DNA of 64,000 nucleotides. Origin: Macrostomum lignano (Eukaryota). A program made the position numbers and the translations under genes. Location of the stretch: the NCBI GenBank assembly GCA_002269645.1, contig NIVC01002493.1, forward strand, positions 62,001-126,000, given 5' to 3'. The notes beneath the pieces are model-generated. The model did no database searches. It was not told the DNA's origin and worked only from the letters and a program-made list of their open reading frames with translations. Positions 11,901-20,581 of the stretch are shown here, piece after piece; positions within the stretch are counted from its first letter, which is position 1; every line of letters starts with the position of its first letter.

Positions 11901-13666
11901 ACTCCCCCCGATTTCATCAGACTCTCCCCGATTTCATCAGACTCTCCCCGATTTCATCAGACTCTTTCCAATTTCATCAGACTCTTTCCAATTTCATCAG
12001 ACTCTTTCCAATTTCATCGGACTCTTTCCAATTTCATCAGACTCTCCCCGATTTCATCAGACTCTCCCCGATTTCATCAGACTCCCCCCGATTTCATCAG
12101 ACTCTCCCCGATTTCATCAGACTCCCCCCGATTTCATCAGACTCTCCCCGAATTCATCAGACTCTCCCCGATTTCATCAGACTCTCCCCGATTTCATCAG
12201 ACTCTCCCCGATTTCATCAGACTCCCCCCGATTTCATCAGACTCTCCCCGATTTCATCAGACTCTCCCCGATTTCATCAGACTCCCCCCGATTTCATCAG
12301 ACTCTCCCCGATTTCATCAGACTCTTTCCAATTTCATCGGACTCTTTCCAATTTCATCAGACTCTTTCCAATTTCATCAGACTCTTTCCAATTTCATCGG
12401 ACTCTTTCCAATTTCATCAGACTCTCCCCGATTTCATCAGACTCTCCCCGATTTCATCAGACTCTCCCCGATTTCATCAGACTCTCCCCGATTTCATCAG
12501 ACTCCCCCCGATTTCATCAGACTCCCCCCGATTTCATCAGACTCCCCCCGATTTCATCAGACTCCCCCCGATTTCATCAGACTCTCCCCGATTTCATCAG
12601 ACTCTTTCCAATTTCATCGGACTCTTTCCAATTTCATCAGACTCTTTCCAATTTCATCAGACTCTTTCCAATTTCATCAGACTCCCCCCGATTTCATCAG
12701 ACTCTCCCCGATTTCATCAGACTCTTTCCAATTTCATCGGACTCTTTCCAATTTCATCAGACTCTTTCCAATTTCATCAGACTCTTTCCAATTTCATCAG
12801 ACTCTTTCCAATTTCATCGGACTCTTTCCAATTTCATCAGACTCTTTCCAATTTCATCGGACTCTTTCCAATTTCATCAGACTCTTTCCAATTTCATCAG
12901 ACTCTTTCCAATTTCATCGGACTCTTTCCAATTTCATCAGACTCTCCCCGATTTCATCAGACTCTCCCCGATTTCATCAGACTCTTTCCAATTTCATCAG
13001 ACTCTTTCCAATTTCATCAGACTCCCCCCGATTTCATCAGACTCTTTCCAATTTCATCGGACTCTTTCCAATTTCATCAGACTCTTTCCAATTTCATCAG
13101 ACTCTTTCCAATTTCATCGGACTCTTTCCAATTTCATCAGACTCTTTCCAATTTCATCGGACTCTTTCCAATTTCATCAGACTCTTTCCAATTTCATCAG
13201 ACTCTTTCCAATTTCATCAGACTCTTTCCAATTTCATCGGACTCTTTCCAATTTCATCAGACTCTTTCCAATTTCATCGGACTCTTTCCAATTTCATCAG
13301 ACTCTTTCCAATTTCATCAGACTCTTTCCAATTTCATCAGACTCTTTCCAATTTCATCGGACTCTTTCCAATTTCATTAGACTCGCCCCCCCCCAATTTC
13401 ATCAGACTCTCCCCCTAATTTCATTAGACTCTCCCCCCAATTTCATCAGACTCTTCCCCGATTTCATCAGACTCTTCCCCCCCCCCCGCCGTCGCAGCCC
13501 CACTCACCGTAATGTACACCGCCCGAATTAGCGGCGTTTTGCCTTTGAAGTCGCGATAATTAGTCGCCTTCCTTACGTCGCCCTCGCAGGCCTCCAGAAT
13601 GAACTTTACCAGATGGCTCTTGCCGCGGTTCACTGCATCCAGCAGAGCATTCGATGCCGTCTCCAT
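5929..13666 (-). CDS. ANKRD63: Ankyrin-repeat protein, ANKRD63-like, ~461 aa; exons 13666-13508, 8341-8167, 7731-7521, 6769-5929
   Basis: Spliced N-terminus ALLDAVNRGKSHLVKFILEA...GKTPLIRAV...GRTALSYACELRHNDVVRLLI...GNTPLMHCARVGN...LIKCFRRLGLDIDRCNKDGFTAMLIAA is collinear with vertebrate ANKRD63 as I recall it, including the FRRLGL motif. Junction phases 0/1/2 all keep frame (1386 nt total). The last acceptor has a weak pyrimidine tract. The C-terminus is S/P/R-rich and disordered. Confidence 0.8.
6832..7312. repeat. 31-bp minisatellite in ankyrin gene intron 3
   Basis: Unit AGATGTTGGAACTATCGGCAAACCAAGTTTG, ~15 copies. Confidence 0.95.
7790..8125. repeat. 46-bp minisatellite in ankyrin gene intron 2
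   Basis: Unit GATGTCTGATGTCTATGGGGTAAAGAGAGTGCACAGTCTGCTTGGT, ~7 copies filling most of the intron. Confidence 0.95.
8510..8850. repeat. ~19-21-bp degenerate minisatellite in ankyrin gene intron 1
   Basis: Unit CCATTATCGATTTTTCTCT. Confidence 0.85.
9348..9532. repeat. 23-bp minisatellite with hairpin-like unit
   Basis: Unit GTTAGATATGAGCACTCTTATCT, ~8 copies. AGATATGAG and CTCTTATCT are inverted with one mismatch. Confidence 0.95.
10013..13475. repeat. ~3.5-kb 20-bp minisatellite array in ankyrin gene intron 1
   Basis: Units GACTCTCCCCGATTTCATCA and GACTCTTTCCAATTTCATCA plus minor variants, ~170 copies. It produces the artefactual 1150-aa ORF 9966-13418. Confidence 0.98.
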
Positions 13667-14460
13667 AGCGGCCGGGTCGGGTCTCCGAGTGCTGGCGTAA
13701 CGGGTTGACCTGTACATACAGATAAGGCTTGACTCTTAAATGTTGTCAGTCCTAGCTATATTATATATAAGAGCTGATGGGGGGTTGGGGGTAGCACAGC
13801 TGCAAATGGGTTTTGCTGCACTGGCTTTTGACTTTGCAATCGTTAATTCTCTCTTCTTTTCTCGAGTTGTGCTTCCTATCAATTATTAGCAGAGAGGCTA
13901 CAGGCGGCTAGGCTTGCTCAAAGCTCAATACGAAGACTCCCTGGTTAAAGGCAGAAGAACCGACTGTCTCGTGTCTGCATTAAACACAGGCTTAGGCTAG
14001 GTCTGCTAGGTTAGGAGGCGGTCTTCGTGCTTCATCAATCAGAGTCCGGGCTAGAAGAGGGGTTGAGAGAGGAGAAGGGAGCTTCGGATTCCTCATGCCT
14101 CAGCTCCCCCTAGGCTGTCCTGGCCAATCTGCTGCTGTAGGAGACATTTGCGCCCCAATCCCCATGCCTGCACCTGTCTTGAGCAGCTTCTCGAAGACGA
14201 GGTGCAGAGACTCAAGGCGGAATTTCATAACTATTATAATTTCTATTTCAAGCCTGCCTTCCGCGCCTCGGCCTCTTTGCATTCGCGTTGCCGCCAAGTT
14301 CTGTTTTCTGCTTGTGAACAGGAAGAAGATAAAAATAGGCCTTCTCAAGCTTAGAAGTCACGATTCCACATTTGCGAGTACTTTTGTGATAAGCTGTACG
14401 ATTTAGTAAGTTAGGATAATGTTTTTGAGTATACTCGTACTTTAGAACTGGGGAGCTTTC

Positions 14461-14615
14461 AACTGATTGAAAGCCAACCACCATCACAAGCTCGAAAAGG
14501 GTTAGGGTTAGGATTAGGGTTAGAGCTTGTGCCTTTTCGAGCTTGACTTTTCGAGCTTGTGATGGTGGCTGCTAAATCGATCAGTTTCTGACGATGTGAA
14601 TTTTCGAGCTTGTGA
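14461..14615. repeat. Inverted repeat enclosing a TTAGGG-like spacer; same family as the 16-bp array at 16315-16830
   Basis: CCACCATCACAAGCTCGAAAAG (14478-14499) is the exact reverse complement of 14547-14568. The spacer includes GGTTAGGGTTAGGATTAGGGTTAG. Confidence 0.8.
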
Positions 14616-14744
14616 AGGTACAGCGAATTGAAATCAAATGCAGATTTAGTACAATTTTATTACTCGCCTTTAAGTTCGTTCAATTGTTTCTGAAAGTCTT
14701 GCATATTCTGGAAATTATTTGTAGCAGCAGAAGACACATAAACA

Positions 14745-15104
14745 GGGGGGCCGTAGCCCAGCGGTAGCGCAGCTGCTCTGGTGTGCCAGCGACCCAGGCT
14801 CGATTCCAAGTGCAGCCACATTCATTTGGGGCTGAATTGGAATCTCGGCTTGGCTCGCTTGTGCAATTAACGGCCTTGAGAGCCAACCCCCCAAGGCGCA
14901 GTGAAGTGTACATGCCTAACGATTGATAAAGTTAGGGCCGCTGTACACTCCTGTGTGAGGGTGTGCCTGCGTAACGTATCCGCGCGCTTGTATGCCTGCT
15001 CAGGGGAGTCGGCGGAATGGGCAGTAATGCCTCTCGCCGGTTGTGTGCCTATGTCGCTTAAAGTGCGCCAGGGTGCACACAACCCCCCTGCCTCTAAAAA
15101 AAAA
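14745..15104 (+). mobile_element. Full-length tRNA-derived SINE (family 2)
   Basis: A box TAGCCCAGCGG (14754), B-box-like GGCTCGATTCC (14797), poly(A) tail, and 14-bp TSD AAGACACATAAACA (14731-14744 and 15105-15118). Second copy at 39399-39660. Confidence 0.9.
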
Positions 15105-15337
15105 AAGACACATAAACAAATTAAAAATTAATTATGTATGTTTTACTTTCACCTTAATCACTGAATCAAAACCACTCATTAAAGCCAAAAAACCACTGCA
15201 AACACCTTATCGAAAAACTCCAAAATTGTAGTATATATTAATGTAGCTAGCTCGTAGTATGTTAAATTATAATTTAAGCTCATGACGAGCAGTGCAGCTA
15301 TAAAATGTATTAAATGTATTTTGACCAGCGCTGCCAT

Positions 15338-15915
15338 TGGGGGCCAGGATTGCCGGCTAAATAGTGACGGGCTTATTTGACCGGCAGTGGGGCAGGACTG
15401 CCGGCTAAATAGTGACGGGCTTATTTGACCGGCAGTGGGGCAGGACTGCCGGCTAAATAGTGACGGGCTTATTTGACCGGCAGTGGGGCAGGACTGCCGG
15501 CTAAATAGTGACGGGCTTATTTGACTGGCAGTGGGGCAGGACTGCCGGCTAAATAGTGACGGGCTTATTTGACCGGCAATGGGGCAGGACTGCCGGCTAA
15601 ATAGTGACGGGCTTATTTGACCGGCAGTGGGGCAGGACTGCCGGCTAAATAGTGACGGGCTTATTTGACCGGCAGTGGGGCAGGACTGCCGGCTAAATAG
15701 TGACGGGCTTATTTGACCGGCAGTGGGGCAGGACTGCCGGCTAAATAGTGACGGGCTTATTTGACCGGCAGTGGGGCAGGACTGCCGGCTAAATAGTGAC
15801 GCGCTTATTTGACCGGCAGTGGGGCAGGACTGCCGGCTAAATAGTGACGCGCTTATTTGACCGGTGCCGGCTAAATAGTAGCGAACTTATTCGCCGGTGC
15901 CGGCTAAATAAGCAC
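15338..15915. repeat. 48-bp minisatellite with hairpin unit
   Basis: Unit GGGGCAGGACTGCCGGCTAAATAGTGACGGGCTTATTTGACCGGCAGT, ~11 nearly identical copies. Confidence 0.95.
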
Positions 15916-16314
15916 TGCCTTATGTTAAAGCCTACAGATCGGCCGTTAAGTCGACCAGGCTCAATGTTCATTTATACAATATATACTCTCGCGCACACTC
16001 GGCTCAAAGTCAGAGCCTATCTATTTTATATACAAACATGGCATCGCATAGCAGTCTAAGTCTGAGCATCTGAACGCGCTAAATCTTGTTCAGTCGAATG
16101 TCTAAAACACCATACAGATCGACATCAAAGGCACCTCTGCAACCACAGAAGTCGCCATCAAGGGCCCCTCCACCAGGTGGAAGCAGTGAACCGGAAAAGG
16201 TCAAGTTCGGACTCCCTGGATTGCAAATCCCGCGATTGGATCTAGACTTTATTTAGATTATTGAATCTAGACTTTATTGGATCTAGACTCTAATTTAGAC
16301 TATTTAGACGTCTG

Positions 16315-16830
16315 CTAAATCGATCAGTTTTCGACGATGTGGCTTTTCGAGCTTGTGACTTTTCGAGCTTGTGACTTTTCGAGCTTGCTTGTGACTTTTC
16401 GAGCTTGTGACTTTTCGAGCTTGTGAAGGTGGCTGCTAAATCAGTTTTCGACGTTGTGACTTTTCGAGCTTGTGACTTTTCGAGCTTGTGAAGGTGGCTG
16501 CTAAATCAGTTTTCGACGTTGTGACTTTTCGAGCTTGTAACTTTTCGAGCTTGTGAAGGTGGCTGCTAAATCAGTTTTCGACGATGTGACTTTTCGAGCT
16601 TGTGACTTTTCGAGCTTGTGACTTTTCGAGCTTGTGACTTTTCGAGCTTGTGACTTTTCGAGCTTGTGACTTTTCGAGCTTGTGACTTTTCAAGCTTGTG
16701 ACTTTTCGAGCTTGTGACTTTTCGAGCTTGTGACTTTTCGAGCTTGTGACTTTTCGAGCTTGTGACTTTTCGAGCTTGTGACTTTTCGAGCTTGTGAAGG
16801 TGGCTGCTAAATCTATCAGTTTTTGACTTT
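16315..16830. repeat. 16-bp minisatellite (GTGACTTTTCGAGCTT) with interspersed GAAGGTGGCTGCTAAATC..AGTTTTCGACG blocks
   Basis: Directly visible. It explains the KVTSSKSHKLEKSQAR ORF 16566-16847. Confidence 0.9.
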
Positions 16831-17590
16831 TCGACCCGTATTGGCACGCTTGTCTGTGCTCAGTAAGTCGGCGGAATGGGCAGAATCTCCCGTCAGCTCT
16901 GGTTGTTGGAGGATGTCGCAGGCTCCTACAATTATTAAAATTAACCCAAAGACAGCGTTGGAGCGGAAGCCGCTCTCAAAGACGACTCAAGCAATTTTTA
17001 GAATTTAAGCCTCAAAAAAAGTTTAAAAGCAACTTTTTTTCTGCTGCTCTTGCTGAAACGCACTGATTTTACCCTCGGGGTTCGTTAGCTGAACTGTGTC
17101 TTGGAAGCTCAACCCGGATGGCTTCCCGGAAGCTTAGCTTCGACATTTTTTGTCCTTAAAATCAAGCGAAATTAAACGAATCAGAAAGAAATTAAATGAA
17201 TCTTCTTGTTGTCTTAATTGGTAATTTGTGTCCAGCCTGTAAGAATTATTTCGCACGATCTGAACCGCCTGTGCCTGTGCATCCATTAATCATCCATCTA
17301 TCGAGAGGGGCGACCCTCTTGCCCTGTCAATTTCTGTAAACTGTCAATTTCTGTAAAAAGGCGGTTTTCTATACTTATTCGAATCTCACAAGAAGCCTAT
17401 ATTGATCTGTGTGCCCCGATAAGTGTAACCGCAATTGAGAAGTAATTACATGTCATCGGAACATACAGCTCTAACTCACGACAGTTCAATCATTATTACA
17501 GCATATACCGTATAATGTCTGTATGGTAAGAAGAATAATGAACATGTACATTCACAGTGGAGCTGGGCTGCAGCAGAGGATATCTGAAAA

Positions 17591-18153
17591 CGCAGGGGCG
17601 TCGCCATGGATTTTATGGTAGGGAGGACGAAGCCAAGAATTCAACATGTACTAAACATGTACATGTACATTATTTTCAGACTCTGTAAATGAGTTAGCGC
17701 TCATTGGCGCCACAAGAACTTATTTTCTAGCCACAGGCACTCATTTTGGCGCCACAGGCACTCATTTTGGCGCCGCAGGCACTCATTTTGGCGCCGCAGG
17801 CACTCATTTTGGCGCCGCAGGCACTCATTTTGGCGCCGCAGGCACTCATTTTTGCGCCGCAGGCACTCATTTTGGCGCCGCAAGCACTCATTTTTGCGCC
17901 GCAGGCACTCATTTTTGCGCCGTAGGCACTCATTTTTGCGCCGTAGGCACTCATTTTTGCGCCGCAAGCACTCATTTTTGCGCCGCAGGCACTCATTTTG
18001 GCGCCGCAGTCACTCAGTTTGGCGCCGCAGGCACAGATCCAGATTTGCAGATCCAGATCCGACGCAGGCCAATTAGTCCCACATTAGCATTGGCATGTCC
18101 CCCCATAGCCTTTACTAGTGGGACATGTCCTCCCCCCTGGCGACGCCCCTGCG
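17591..18153 (+). mobile_element. MITE-like element (family A) with terminal inverted repeats and an internal 21-bp minisatellite
   Basis: CGCAGGGGCGTCGCCA (17591-17606) is perfectly inverted at 18138-18153. About 15 units of GGCACTCATTTTGGCGCCGCA at ~17700-18030. No clear TSD. Confidence 0.8.
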
Positions 18154-20581
18154 GATGGATATGTGGATACTCGTAATTCTGCCCATTCAGCTGACTCCAG
18201 AACACATTCAAGCGCCATTACTGTACGCTGACTGCACGCACTCATATATACGCTCACACGAGGTTTACTGGCCCCTTAACTTAATTTTCTAATCGTCAGG
18301 CATCGTATTGTACACTCTCTGTGCATTGGGGGTTGGCTCGTGGGTGTTGTGAATTGCCGGTCTTCCCAGTTTTTCACAATAATTATGCATAGCAGCACCA
18401 GTTTAAAAATTCACAAGTACATATGTACTATAGTATAGTTAATAGCTATACTAGTAAGGGTACACTAGCTGTATAATACAGTTTTCCGTGTCTTTTCGGC
18501 ATCCCTGAAACTTTTCGGTACCCAGCATTTCGGTACCCTGCATGCAGCTTGTTTTCCGGTGCCCTATAGTTTCGACGACTACTCGTAAATAAGAAATTAA
18601 TCTAATAAATTCTCTATCAAACGTTTTCTTAACCTAATTAAGCACTATAACTTTCCTTTTGTTAAACTGACCACTAGAAATGTTAAGCAAGGACTACTAA
18701 GTGCCCGGCCCGGCCGCGGTTGATTAATTTATTTAATCAAAAAATCTTATCTGATTTTATTACATTTGCAGCTGTACAAGGCTGTAAAAAGCATGTGTGC
18801 TAAAAGGCTCAGTTAGATACAGATGAAATCCATAAACGTTGCTACTATGACCTTACATGTACTGCATGTGCATATGTATACATTGTTTGATTGAATTGCT
18901 AACAAATTATACGATGGCAAGGTTTAAGGATTTATTCAATAGAAACTGCATGGAATACCTCTTCAGTCGAGAATTTATCTCACTGGCATACAGTATATGT
19001 ACTGTACACGCAAATTGCGATCCGAAATCGAATATCATACATTGTACAAAACGAAAGAACAAAAGAACGAAGAACGAAATTAAGGAAAACAGAAAATAGG
19101 AAAAAAACTTAAAATGAGAAGGGTTGAGATGTAAACTATAAAGCTCACAATTTCTTTCGTATGGGTCTCAATTTCTGGAATATATTTCAATTGTTTAAGG
19201 AATGCGTGATTTAACAAAGTGACGAACTTCGGAAAATTGAATGGCTTGCTCTGTTAAACAGTCAGGAACACGGCTTCTGATTATTTCATGCAATGCAACA
19301 TAACAAAAAACAACATCATTTGACTTTGTTCACTCATTAATGCAGCAGTAAAAGTTTTCTGAGAGTTTTTATTACGCGTTCATGAGACAGCTTGATGAGA
19401 AGTAGGTTTCAATAATAAAATAATCAAGTATTTAACTTTTGTATTAAGATTCCGATGTTAACCAGGCATCTGGTTGCCTGAGCCAAATTCTTACTACTAC
19501 TACTACTATGTACTACATATATACGAACCAACCATTATTTATGAATGAAAAAATTGTATTTTATGTTAAAATTGAGGTAACTTATTATTTTAGTTTAAAA
19601 AAATTGCACTTATCAATAGGCTAATAACTAACAAAATATATGATTGTGTATTGTAGTAAAACTGGAAGAAACAACAACTATGACAAACAATGCAATCGAA
19701 ATCGACAAATGCGGAGGCCACTTCCTACCTATTGAATGCATTAGTTGGGCCTACAATGTATAGTTATTTAAACTAAATTAAGTTGCTGTCTTCAGTTTTA
19801 TGAAACTGTACCTGTTTTAAATGATTTAGTATATAGCCAGCCTACTAGTAATCCTGCTTCTGGGCAGGCATTTTAGTCATAAAAAAGCTTTACAGTAATC
19901 TCATTGGCTGCAATTATAAATAACTATTCATTGTGGATAAAGCAGTATGATATTTTGTTTTTTTTTTTAATTTCAGAATAAAAACAATATCAAAAAATAA
20001 AATAATGTGATGCAAGCAATGATTTTTAATAATATATAATACATAGCTATTTTTTTCTTCCAAATATTTATTAAAAGTATTAGATAAATGTTTGAAAAAA
20101 ATTACTATTTACTTATTACGTATTCATGCATTTTATTCTTATGACTGCTTTTAATTTCTGATCAAAGAAAAGAAAGGAATGATGTTGACATCAGAAAATA
20201 TTAGATTTTTAAGCAAGACGAAGTACAAACTATAATCATTCGTATTATTCCTTTGGTCAGTTCAAAAAGATCTTAGTTTTGTATTCTCTTTTACTTTAAA
20301 ATACCAAAATATTTAAGTTGGCAAATTTAAAAAAAAACTTTGAGTTTATATAAAAAATGAAAGATCCATAAAATATTTTATAACAAAGTGAATTCCTTTA
20401 TGATAATTTAATATTCATTAATTATCTATTTCAGACTGGAAATTTATTAACAAAAGTCTTGGTGTTGGACGTCTAAGGCGTCCTAAGCCATCATTGTCAG
20501 CTTTTTAGATCAAGCTTGTAGCTAATATATATTATTTTTTATATTCACAGATTTTACTTGATTACATTTTCCACTCCAAGC

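Noticed and set aside
9966-13418. 1150-aa ORF
   Set aside because: Translation of the 20-bp minisatellite, which has no stop in any plus frame; it lies antisense inside an intron.
10013-13475. Tandem hammerhead ribozymes (CUGAUGA...GAAA on the minus strand)
   Set aside because: No proper stem II closing pair and no stem I/III with an NUH cleavage site could be built.
14148-14354. 68-aa ORF with coding-like composition (LEQLLEDEVQRLKAEF)
   Set aside because: Short, overlapped by equally long ORFs in other frames, no splice partners or recognisable domain; cannot be supported without expression data.
15338-15915. Possible CRISPR-like array
   Set aside because: No unique spacers, no cas genes, eukaryotic context. 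The same applies to all other arrays.
18250-20500. AT-rich region upstream of ADO, and most of 52950-54250
   Set aside because: No coding, repeat or structural signal that I can support beyond short A/T runs and a small (ACT)n.
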